In this document: positions 13,551-24,960 of the stretch, piece by piece
How the letters are laid out: each line of letters begins with the position of its first letter
How positions within the stretch are numbered: position 1 is the first letter of the stretch
From: Haliotis rufescens
Taxonomy: Eukaryota
Direction: 5' to 3'
Assembly (NCBI RefSeq): GCF_023055435.1
Contig: NW_025964024.1
Span: forward strand, 1,984,001-2,048,000
Length of the DNA: 64,000 bases
Translations under genes and position numbers: made by a program
The notes under the pieces: generated by a model
What the model was told of the DNA's origin: nothing
The model's input: only the letters and a program-made list of their open reading frames with translations
The model's database searches: none

Positions 13551-14084
13551 AAGGCAAAAGATTTAAACATATTTTATTGCGGAAAACCAAATGGATTAGG
13601 CACAAGTGACACACTTACGAGGCCTTCTCCTATATACATTTCATTACATTGTGGTATGTGAATTCTGTGGTGCAGAATAAATGTACAGTGCATAGGAATT
13701 ACAAGTAATGAGAAAATATATACATATATTCATATATATACAGTATTACACACAAACACATATAGCTACATACACTCACACATACATCTACATATATACA
13801 TATGATGAATTTACATTTTTGGAAAACAATGGTACATGATATGTTTATAAAATAACACAGTATTTGATAAACTAAACTACATGTAATAGACATTTTAAAT
13901 TTATGTGAAGGGCGGGAAATCTATAATGTAACTAAGCTTTGATAGTTACAGTGAATGCTATTGTTTTACATCAAAATCAGAGTGTTGAAACAACCATGTA
14001 ATATATGTGCCAGTCACATCCAGATAATTTGAAAGTAGCTCGTGAAATATAATTCTCGTTATTATTCTTGTTGTATTAGGATCA

Positions 14085-14650
14085 ATACACACTACACAAA
14101 CATACACACCCACCACAGACAAATATACACACACACCACAGACAAATATACATACAGACAGACACACCACAGACAAACACACATACATACACACACCACA
14201 GACAAACACACACACCACAGACAAATATACACACACACCACAGGCAAACACACACTACACAAACATACACACACCACAGGCACATATATACAATACACAC
14301 ACCATTGGCAAAAACACACTACACAAACATACACACACCACAGACAAATATACACACACACCGCAGGCTACACGCATTACACAAACATACACACACCACT
14401 GACAAACACACATACATATACACACACCACACACACACACACTACACAAATACACACACACACAAACACCACAAAAATACACACACCACTGATAAACACA
14501 CACACCACAGACACACGCACACACAGACACACACCACACAAACACCCTCACACCAGACACACGCAGACGCATTGAACATGAACACACACATATCTTGAAC
14601 ATGAACACACACACATGGTGGACATACACACAAGGACAGACTCACACACC
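14085..14650. repeat. CA-rich compound micro/minisatellite
   Basis: Repeated ACACACCACAGACAAA units. Confidence 0.95.
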
Positions 14651-14989
14651 ATAGTCAAGCCAAATATTTTATCAGCTGCAGTATATTTCAAAAACTGTCA
14701 CTCATCGTTGTTTACTTGACAGTTACTGGATGCACCAAATCGTAGCATTAAAATATAAGATCTATGTTTATGTTACAAATGTTCATTTTTTTCACAACTT
14801 GCATATAGAATATCAAATGTGGATCGAATTTCCTGTCTTGGGCAGGGGGTGTTATTTGTGTCATTTGTGCACAGCTGCTGATATTAGATTAAGGTAACCA
14901 AATGTTTCACCAGAAACTTCAACAGTAACGTAAAATAAAAAAATTATAAAAAATTCTGAATATAATATAATAATAATTGTGTAATAATT

Positions 14990-15390
14990 TCAGACTTGCT
15001 GTTGAACTGTGGTGTCACAACAACATCCCATATAATGAACGTGTCTGCACTTTCTGTTTTTCGAAGGGACATAACCATGTTGAAGATGAATTCCATGTTG
15101 TTATGATTTGTGACCAGTTTTCTAGAGCAAGGAGAAACTCTTTTCCCAAGCGTCTCGTTACCCCTCCCTCTATTGAGAATTTTATAAGACTTGTGTCAGC
15201 TGAAAACAAACAAATTATAAAAAAGGTAAATTTCTCTTCCAAGTCATGAACATTCGAACGGAATTAAAAGTGTTGAACGGTAAATCATTATTAAATCTAC
15301 TCAACATGCAAATATATATACAGTATATTTTCACTGTATTATGGGCCGGTGGCCTGAAGTACCGAATAAATTTGTCTGTCTGTCTGTCTG
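14990..15390 (+). mobile_element. LINE 3' fragment (RTE-X-like C-terminal zinc-binding motif)
   Basis: RLAVELW...ERVCTFC...VEDEFHVVMIC, then AATAAA and a (TGTC)n tail near 15366-15390. Confidence 0.7.
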
Positions 15391-17671
15391 TCATTTCATG
15401 TACATGAGTGCTCAGACTCATTTTATAACAACGGTAAAATTACAAAGTATCGCTGGTTGCATGATCATCAAAACTATTCTATGTACAAGGTGTTAAACCG
15501 ACCAAAGTGCTGCCCCAAATGGCTTTCACTTGAAATTATCTGTGGCTCATAGAGCATAACTGGTGATATTAAAGAACTTTACGTCTCTCGGTGGAAGGCC
15601 ATGTGTCGTGCTGTTTACTTGATGGTTGTTGATATTTTTTTTAAACATCCAAAAATTACACAGCATCTTATTGTCATGACTTAATGGGTGTGTATACACA
15701 ATGTCCTCCATCAATGGTGAATTCATACGGCCGTAGTAGTGACACGTGTCCATTTGTTGGTCAAGGTAATGAAATGAGACCGTTAATAACTCATGGACGC
15801 CAAATAAACCCTACTGCGTGCCCGAACATTGTCCAACCCAACCATTGCCAGAAATCGAGGCAGTGCGCAGCGCAGACGGCAAAAGCTGCACGTCCAGCAA
15901 GAAACGTAACCGTTGGTCAGATGTAACCTGTACGCTCATTGGTCAGCAAGCACGCACTGGCTTCCCTCTCGCTGGAACTAGGACTTTGCCTGATTCGTTG
16001 GTTTTGATAGCACCTATCGCAAAGCCGCCCTATGTAATAAAGAATTGACTTTCACTTTGTGTGAGATCATTCGAGTATGAACCTTCATTGAGTGAGGGCC
16101 AAACTGTATGAAATGTCGGAGCTTGCGAAAATAAATTCTTATAATAATAAATCACTTCCTCGAAGGATGTAGATCAACATCTATGCATAATTTTACTTAG
16201 TACGTGTGACTTCATGTTTACACTGACAGCCATACAACAACCAGCTGTATCGCGGAATAAAATAGTTCCTCAAAGTGAGTGAGTGAATAGTTATAGTCAC
16301 ACTTCAGCCGTATCGAGACTAAATCAAGTTAAACAGTAATAATACATACATTTAGATTATAAAACCAGTCGTCAATGGAGAGTAAAACAAGTAGATTATC
16401 ACAGATTTATAATTTAAAACTAGTATGGAACTATAGAAGGTTATCACTGTAAATAACAATACATTACAAAAACGGGCTAGAGATAGTTCCTCATAAGGAG
16501 ATGTGACAAGAGGGTATGTATGCTTACATTGTTCTACAGTGACATATTTTGTAGTTTGTTCACAACAAATATATTCCAATAATATCATTAGATGAGAAAG
16601 GTATGTTACGAACTACCCGGAGTAAGTAAGTCCCAATGACAGCGCGTCGTAATACATTCACGTCAAGACGTCAAAATGGCCGAAGTTGTTAACGAACCTG
16701 TGTCAATTACAAGTGTCCGTCATCATTCATCTACTGGCCGATCATTGAAAGGTGATTACAAAGAGGTGTTAAATAAATGCTATGTTAAATTCATGGATTG
16801 CTGTAGACTGTCACAAGACACGGATCGGGTAGTACGACGATAGCTTGAATGTGCATTTCTTCGGGTTTGTTCACTAGGTTGGTCGGTTGGTTGGTTGGTT
16901 GGTTGGTTGGTTCTTCACTAGGATAGGCCGTTGCGAGGATATTCGTGATAAATCATGCAGTCAAACTCGCTGACATTTTTACTGTTTGCTAAAACACTGA
17001 GTTGAAAATTAAAGGGTTTAAATTATCAGAAACAACGCTTCTGTGTGTATTCGTTAGAGGGGTTTTCCTAGAGTTTTCCCCGGGAATGTAGAAGTAGTCC
17101 GTCAGTGTTTACGTCACTTCAAGCAAACAATCTCGTGAAAAACTTTTGAACGTCAAACTGTGTCGTTCATACCTTAATTTGTCTGGCCTCTCGTATATAA
17201 AAGCCGTATATCGTGTAAACTTCACATTTAAAAAATGTCCACAGGTGATGGTGGAATCGTATCAATCATCATACCTGTCGCATGCTAGTCGTAAAACTGG
17301 TTCTGATAATTAACGAGTGGGGGGGATACTCTATTGGCGGAAAATATGTGAAGCGAGCGGATCCTACACTTGATGCAAAGCGTGCAACCATTGCGATCGC
17401 CTGTCCGACAAATGAATAATGTTGACCATTCATGTTGAATTTATTCATATATTTATACAAATAAATATACATATCTGCGTTCGTGTTTACACGACATGTC
17501 TCATCCAACTAAAAGTCGCCATTCCGAACAACGAAACTTTGACTCAGTAACTGATAAGCATATGTACAAAGACTTCATGGATATTTATCCATTTCAGCCA
17601 GAGACAGAAACCTGTACAAACATTGATATAGATTTAACTAGCACTTTAATATCAGGACAGAAAAAGATAGT

Positions 17672-18334
17672 TCAGTGCATGGTTCTCTTGAGCTTGGCAC
17701 GTGCATTCTGGAACCACACTTGGGCCACTCTTCTGGGAAGACCCGCCTCTTCTGCGATCATCCCGAGGTCACTTCCGGTTGGGTTGGTGTCAAGGTCGAA
17801 GTACTTCTGGAAAACAGCTACCTGGTCCTCGTTGAAGGCTGTTCGGAATCTCTTGGATTTGGGTCGGCAGGTGACACTCTCGTCGTCGGGGTTGAGGACG
17901 TGGACTCGGCAAAGTACGCGGCTGTCGTGGATGGCGAAGTCTTCTCCTGTGGAAAGCTGTCTTTGACACATGCTGCATGAGAAACATGCAAGGTGGTACA
18001 TGTTCTCTCCAGCCGATCTGACCCAATCTCCGGACTCGATGTTACGTAGACAGGAACTACACTTGGTCTCTTGAACGCGGGCGAAGTCTCTCTGACAGAA
18101 TATGTTACCGTCCCTAACGAAGCAAGAAGAATGTCCACCAAGCGTCACCTGACACACACAGCAACGCAGACAGTGCTCGTGCCACACGTGATTCCCAGCA
18201 CGTAGATAGTACTGGTCAGTGATCACGTCACAACACGTGAAACACAAGGGGTCAGCGATGTTGAAACTGAGAGCGATGAAGTCTGCGGTCTCTTCCAAGT
18301 CTGAAGACAGGAGGTCATATGACATATCCGACAT
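17672..18334 (-). CDS. LIM-homeobox protein, Lhx6/8 (Arrowhead)-like, intronless, copy 1
   Basis: Two complete LIM zinc-finger domains (LIM2 DWVR...YHLACFSC..CQRQLSTGEDFA is Awh/Lhx6/8-like) and homeodomain SKRFRTAF...VWFQNARAK. TATA at 18430-18435; AATAAA at 17440-17445. Confidence 0.93.
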   Translation of the reverse strand: MSDMSYDLLSSDLEETADFIALSFNIADPLCFTCCDVITDQYYLRAGNHVWHEHCLRCCVCQVTLGGHSSCFVRDGNIFCQRDFARVQETKCSSCLRNIESGDWVRSAGENMYHLACFSCSMCQRQLSTGEDFAIHDSRVLCRVHVLNPDDESVTCRPKSKRFRTAFNEDQVAVFQKYFDLDTNPTGSDLGMIAEEAGLPRRVAQVWFQNARAKLKRTMH

Positions 18335-20142
18335 TGTAAAGGTATACAGGAGGAGCTAGAGGAAGACTTATGACGACGATAACGTGACGTGATGCTGAAA
18401 TGTATGATGGAAAATGATAAGCAGCCATTATTATATGCTAAGTTGACAGTTCAGAGTGAACGCGTATGCTTTGGTGACGCGTGATGACCGCTTTGACACG
18501 CTGTGACGTCAGAGCGCGTGACACAGCAACACTTGCTGAGTGATAAGTAATCACATTGTTTTCCTCTGATGGTTAATTGATCACTTGACGATGAAGTGAT
18601 TTTAAGCTTAGAACTTTCCAGGCTTGGAAGGTGCAGTCAGCCGTATCATAGCCAGCTAACAGTATGTTTACAGAAAGCCGTTTGTGAAAGAATTATCTCA
18701 TGATTGAAGTATTGACCTGATCTATCCCCAATGGCATCGATAAAACTCAACTGAATGAAAAGTATAGTATCATACACCCTGTCCTTACTGCAGTGAAGTC
18801 CCATACATTATGTATATACTACTCAAAAGAAGTTAAAGAACAACCTATTTTTGTATATTACTGCAGTAAAATTGTCATGGCATCACAGATTAAATATTGT
18901 TCATGAAATATAAAAAAATACCTCTTCATCGTTATCTTTATTCAGCATGTATATAGGCCATCGGCAACTGAGGTTACATGCACTTACGGTCTTTGAATAG
19001 CACATTAACACTATTGTTTCTTAATTGCATTGCATGCTACAAGCATTGTCAGATGTCTAAATTTCAACATACATCAGCATAATATATTTCTGTAAATAGT
19101 ATTTAGTGATTAGTATTTCTTGTGGAAATCTGCATAAACTTCACAAAGAAGCAAAATGTGGTACTAATTTTATCCATGGTTACAAACTTTACAAAACTTT
19201 GCAAAATCTTTCTTATCTTTTCTTATCTTGGTTTTGTTTTTATATTATATATAGTATTGATTGATTACAATGAGCATAATGATAGGTGGTTAATCTAATA
19301 GTTCCACATATAACTCAGATTGCCTGTATGTCTATTTACAATTTAGATATTGAAATTATATAATTTCCCCGACAGTACCACCTTACTGTCTGAAAAGCAC
19401 TTAAGTGACATGAACAAATGATAAAATAATATACAAAACAACTTTCTGTTAAGTATTTTGTGTATCCAGCCCAAACTACATGTATATTTATGGTAAACAT
19501 TGACATGTAAGTCTAATCATGTATATGATTACAGTGCAATTAGACCATTTATTCGTTCAATGTCACTATTTGCATAAGAAACATACCGTAAAGCAATACA
19601 GTATACCTAGACAAGGAGAAATAAACTACAATAATGGCATCGGCACAGAATCACGATTTTCTCAACAGATCCGTGATATGCCAAGACAAAAGACGCCAAC
19701 TCAATAAAACAGCTTTATTACAAATAAATAGCGACAAATTGTTTTATTGTTTTCTCACACAGAAATCTTCTTAAAATATTGTAGAAATTCAGTGGTAATA
19801 AAATGTTTTAGTTGAACACTTGTTATCACATCAATCAGCGGGTAATCAAGTTGTTATACACATATGACTTCTTGCAACGGGGCCTCTGTCAAGGCCTTGA
19901 TTGTCAATGATTGTTGATGTTTTCATGTTACAATGAAATGTGATCAGCTTGATTAGCCATCATCGGATTACGACACACGCTTATCACTGTGGTGTCAAAG
20001 CAAATGCCATCATGACGCTCTCGTTCACTCTGACGTGCCAACCTCACCATATTAACCGAGCAAGTGGACACGATGTTGTATTTTTCTTCTCTTGACTATT
20101 TCCACACAAGGCTTCCTCTAGTTCCTTCTACGCAGCTTTAGA

Positions 20143-20805
20143 ATGTCGGACATGTCATATGACCTCCTCTCCTCGGACTTGGAAGAGTCCGCAGACTTCA
20201 TCGCTCTTAGTTTCAACATCGCTGACCCCTTGTGTTTCACGTGTTGTGACGTCATCACTGACCAATACTATCTACGTGCTGGGGATCACGTGTGGCACGA
20301 GCACTGTCTGCGTTGCTGTGTGTGTCAGGTGACGCTTGGTGGACATTCTTCCTGCTTCGTCAAGGACGGAAACATATTCTGTCAGAGAGACTTCACCAAC
20401 ATTCACGAGACCAAGTGTAGCTCCTGTCTACGTCCCATCGAGTCCGGAGATTGGGTCAGATCGGCCGGAGAGAACATGTACCACCTTGCATGTTTCTCAT
20501 GCAGCATGTGTCAAAGACAACTCTCCACAGGAGAAGACTTCGCCATCCTAGACGACCGCGTACTTTGCCGAGTCCACGTCCTCAACCCCGACGACGAGAG
20601 TGTCACCTGTCGACCAAAGTCCAAGAGATTCCGAACAGCCTTCAACGAGGACCAGGTAGCTGTTTTACAGAAGTACTTCGACATTGACATCAACCCAACC
20701 GGAAGTGACCTCGGAATGATCGCAGAAGAGGCGGGTCTTCCCAGAAGAGTAGCCCAAGTGTGGTTCCAGAATGCACGAGCTAAACTCAAGAGAACCATGC
20801 ACTGA
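20143..20805 (+). CDS. LIM-homeobox protein, Lhx6/8-like, intronless, copy 2
   Basis: Intact 220-aa ORF, LIM-LIM-HD; AATAAA at 20926-20931. Confidence 0.93.
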   Translation: MSDMSYDLLSSDLEESADFIALSFNIADPLCFTCCDVITDQYYLRAGDHVWHEHCLRCCVCQVTLGGHSSCFVKDGNIFCQRDFTNIHETKCSSCLRPIESGDWVRSAGENMYHLACFSCSMCQRQLSTGEDFAILDDRVLCRVHVLNPDDESVTCRPKSKRFRTAFNEDQVAVLQKYFDIDINPTGSDLGMIAEEAGLPRRVAQVWFQNARAKLKRTMH

Positions 20806-21117
20806 ACTTTCAAGTCCCTGTTTCAACTAGTGCTCAATATGTGTCCTGACATGACTCCTGGTTATTTGTAATTATAGTAGAAGTCTGTCATATATATTTA
20901 TTTTATCCATTGCATTCTACATACAAATAAATGATAATGAAATAGCCATTTTGTTTATTTTATGGTATGTCGGTCATTCTTGGTTGCAGACTGTTTCCTG
21001 TTTACAGAGCCTGGGCGGATTAGTCTGATGTATAATCAGCCACAACTATTTATCTATTGTACATACAAAGATATAAATGATACATGAAATGTTCACTTCC
21101 TTCATGATCTGTCGATC

Positions 21118-21350
21118 TGACCTCGGGATGATCGCAGAAGAGGCGGGTCTTCCCAGAGGAATGGCCCAAGTGTGGTTCCAGAATGCGCGTGCTAAAGCTC
21201 AAGAGAACCATGCACTGAACTTTCGAGTCACTATGTTAGCTACTGCTTCATGTGTATGTTGTGATGAATCCCGGTTATTTGTATTCAATGTAGAAGTCAG
21301 CCACATCTAATTATCTATTGATTTTACATACATACAAATCAATGAAACAT
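21118..21350 (+). pseudogene. 3' fragment of the LIM-homeobox gene (homeobox helix 2-3 plus 3' UTR) with a frameshift
   Basis: DLGMIAEEAGLPRGMAQVWFQNARAK followed by a 1-nt insertion (GCTAAAGCTCAAG); the downstream sequence resembles the 3' UTR of copies 2-4. Confidence 0.85.
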
Positions 21351-23752
21351 GATGTATTCCCTTTTTTGTCCGTCTTACCTTGGTAGTTCCCGTGTGCACG
21401 TGATACTCACAAAATAACAAACCAGTTAACCTGTTAACCGCAATATATGATAATCAGGTTTTGTAGTTGCCTGTTGATGCATACAAATATATATGTTCTG
21501 CTCCAACATGTAGTCTTTGTAAATATTGAATGAAGCCGACAAACAACTATGTGTTGTCCCATTTAGTATCGACTCTGTGATCTGTCAGTAGATTTTTAAT
21601 TCTCTTTAAACATTAATGTACTTTGTATTTCACACGTCTGTGTGTCTTGTTTTTATGTCATACATATATTTATTGTTTATAAAAAATGTAATCCTGCTAA
21701 ATAGTCTTCGTCGTGTGGGAGTGAGACAGGTTTCACGCCGCTTTCAGCAATATTCCCGCAATATTACGACAGGGGTCACCAAAAATGGGCTCCGCGTGTC
21801 GTATTCGTGTGGGCAATCGACCCAGAGCCCTCGGTGAGTTTGACAATGTTTTTTGTTATTGTATAGGTCATTACCGTGTATCCTGTTTGTATGCCAATTT
21901 ATATTGCCTTTTAAATATAATTATTTAAAGTTATGGCAACTTTTCTTCCTCTTCACACAAATGCTCAGCTACGTCACAACCAACAACAGTACAACAGCAA
22001 CGTCAACGTTGCCACCCTCGTCATTCCAACGTTCTGTGTCATAAGAACGCGTTGTCTCCGTCACATTGGCGCCGAACAATGACATATTAAGATATGTCAT
22101 ATGTTATATTATTCATATTGATATACAATGAAATACAAGTGATTCTATGGCATTTGATTGGAAAAAGAAGCAACATTCTTAGTAAACATCCTTATTTGTT
22201 TATGTTTTCATGAACTGAAAAAGCATTAGTGCACGCCAACAAACGGACTATCGTTTCTTGATTGGTTATTAATAGAACAGGGGAGCTTGTGTTGCATTAT
22301 TGTTTTAGAACGAAGTCGCTGATTTCGCATTGTTGAGTTTGTTTGTGTTAATTATTAAATAAGCACTCTTGAAGTTAATTTCGGTGACATATTTACTTTA
22401 ATTTCTTTTTGTGTTGTTGATGGAGTTGGAGTGGATTGCAGTCTCCACCCAGCTTTGTACGTTTATACTTCACCACACGCAAAAATTGTGAAGTTCATTC
22501 TTGAATTAAGCAAAGATCGTGCCCCAACACTGTCATACACCAACATTGATAGGTGAAGCAAAACACTGTTACTGCACTTCAGAGGATTTAGTTCAAGGAT
22601 TTATTCCAGTCATGGTNNNNNNNNNNNNNNNNNNNNNNNNNNNNNNNNNNNNNNNNNNNNNNNNNNNNNNNNNNNNNNNNNNNNNNNNNNNNNNNNNNNN
22701 NNNNNNNNNNNNNNNNNNNNNNNNNNNNNNNNNNNNNNNNNNNNNNNNNNNNNNNNNNNNNNNNNNNNNNNNNNNNNNNNNNNNNNNNNNNNNNNNNNNN
22801 NNNNNNGCGGGATTAGTGTTGTGACAAGCTCATCACAATGATTAGCACTTACCTGGTTGCTGACATTGTTTTATCAAACGTTACAGCGCTTTCATCACAG
22901 TGAGCAATGACTATGTTTACGTTGAAGTTTTCGAATGGATGAACTTTATTCAGAAAAAGAGCGTCCACTTCACAAATATTATATGACATATTCACAGATG
23001 GATTGAATAATTAGCCTCCATTGATTTGATTATTTCTCTTTAAATGGGATTTATTAAATTCAGATTGAAATGGTGATAATTTCGTCGTTTCTCTCCCAAT
23101 TACATGTAGTTTTTTACAGGATGCATAGTTCTTGTTTTTAAATAAACAATAGGATCTATTTGTCACATTCTGGAACATAAGGTGAATGGCTTTGATATTA
23201 CAATTACCATAGACAGAAAATGAAATCACTTTGAGAACATGATTGTATTTCGTCTACAGCGTTCCGCGGGTTATCAACATATGTTCATCATTAACCTGTC
23301 AGAAAGCATTTAACAGTTATACTTACACAGTAGTCAGCTGAGGTTTAACTCGTGATCGCTGAAGTAACAGAAGATTAAACTCATCTTATCAAAATACCAA
23401 ATGATCATTATATGTTACTTTCAAATAAGGACATGATATTGTCTGTTAATTGATTGCTCTTCATTGGACTTGTCTGTTCAGTGATCTGTGATCACATTGT
23501 CTTAGTGACCAATCAGCACTAACAAAACAACAACATGTTCATCACGTGATTGTTACGGCGACACCTGCTAAATACGTCGCCGTCATCATGAGTACCTAGA
23601 CACGCGATTGCGCGTCATCATGACACTCTCGTTCACTCAAAGTTGCCAAGCCAACATATAAATCACAAGCTGTTTTGTGCCGTCGACATTCCATCTTTCA
23701 TCAAGTCACAACATTACAAGTCTTCCGCTAGCTCCTCTTGACTATCTCTGCA

Positions 23753-24415
23753 ATGTCGGACATGTCATATGACCTCCTCTCCTCGGAGTTGGAAGAGTCC
23801 GCAGACTTCATCGCTCTCAGTTTCAACATCGCTGACCCCTTGTGTTTCACGTGTTGTGACGTGATCACTGACCAGTACTATCTACGTGCTGGGGATCACG
23901 TGTGGCACGAACACTGTCTGCGTTGCTGTGTGTGTCAGGTGACGCTTGGTGGACATTCTTCTTGCTTCGTCAGGGACGGTAACATATTCTGTCAGAGAGA
24001 CTTCGCCAACATTCACGAGACCAAGTGTTGTTCTTGTCTACGTAACATCGAGTCCGGAGATTGGGTCAGATCGGCCGGAGAGAACATGTACCACCTTGCA
24101 TGTTTCTCATGCAGCATGTGTCAAAGACAGCTTTCCACAGGAGAAGACTTCGCCACCCTAGACGACCGCGTACTTTGCCGAGTCCACGTCCTCAACCCCG
24201 ACGACGAGAGTGTCACCTGTCGACCAAAGTCCAAGAGATTCCGAACAGCCTTCAACGAGGACCAGGTAGCTGTTTTACAGAAGTACTTCGACACTGACAC
24301 CAACCCAACCGGAAGTGACCTCGGAATGATCGCAGAAGAGGCGGGTCTTCCCAGAAGAGTAGCCCAAGTGTGGTTCCAGAATGCACGAGCTAAACTCAAG
24401 AGAGCCATGCACTGA
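23753..24415 (+). CDS. LIM-homeobox protein, Lhx6/8-like, intronless, copy 3
   Basis: The ATG equivalent to the other copies is at 23753 (the track start 23738 is TTG); intact 220 aa; TATAAAT at 23657. Confidence 0.93.
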   Translation: MSDMSYDLLSSELEESADFIALSFNIADPLCFTCCDVITDQYYLRAGDHVWHEHCLRCCVCQVTLGGHSSCFVRDGNIFCQRDFANIHETKCCSCLRNIESGDWVRSAGENMYHLACFSCSMCQRQLSTGEDFATLDDRVLCRVHVLNPDDESVTCRPKSKRFRTAFNEDQVAVLQKYFDTDTNPTGSDLGMIAEEAGLPRRVAQVWFQNARAKLKRAMH

Positions 24416-24727
24416 ACTTTCAAGTCCCTGTTTCAGCTAGTGCTCAATATGTATGCTGTGATGAATCCTGGTTATTTGTAATTATTGTAGAAGTCTGTCA
24501 TATATATTTATATTATTTATTGCATTCTACATACAAATAAATGATAATGAAATAGCCATTTTGTTTATTTTATGGTATGTCGGTCATTCTTGGTTGCAGA
24601 CTGTTCCCTGTTTACAGAGCCTGGGCGGATTAGTCTGATGGATAGTCAGCCACAACTATTTATCTATTGTACATACAAAGATATAAATGATACATGAAAT
24701 GTTCACTTCCTTCATGATCTGTCGATC

Positions 24728-24960
24728 TGACCTCGGGATGATCGTAGAAGAGGCGGGTCTTCCCAGAGGAGTGGCCCAAGTGTGGTTCCAGAATGCGCGT
24801 GCTAAAGCTCAAGAGAACCATGCACTGAACTTTCGAGTCACTATTTTAGCTACTGCTTCATGTGTATGTTGTGATGAATCCCGGTTATTTGTATTCACTG
24901 TAGAAGTCAGCCACATCTATTTATCTATTGATTTTACATACATACAAATCAATGAAACAT
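24728..24960 (+). pseudogene. 3' fragment of the LIM-homeobox gene, duplicate of 21118-21350
   Basis: Same fragment and frameshift in the second 3.6-kb unit. Confidence 0.85.

Noticed and set aside
11846-14645. Numerous His/Thr- or Cys/Val-rich ORFs
   Set aside because: Translations of CA/TG microsatellites and N gaps.
16040-16200. Possible Penelope-type terminal repeat with a hammerhead ribozyme
   Set aside because: The core CUGAnGA...GAAA with a pairing stem II could not be built; too degenerate to call.
17496-18141. Overlapping alternative-frame and antisense ORFs recurring in every LIM-HD copy (MGQIG..., MVDIL..., M..LSLARAFW...)
   Set aside because: They recur only because the CDSs are near-identical. 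Many start at non-ATG codons, their lengths vary between copies and they show no domain; they are shadows of the real CDS.
21077-21310. ORFs 21077..21310 and 24687..24962 as independent micro-homeodomain genes
   Set aside because: They lack helix 1 and the N-terminal arm, are frameshifted after NARAK and have no promoter signature; treated as pseudogene fragments.
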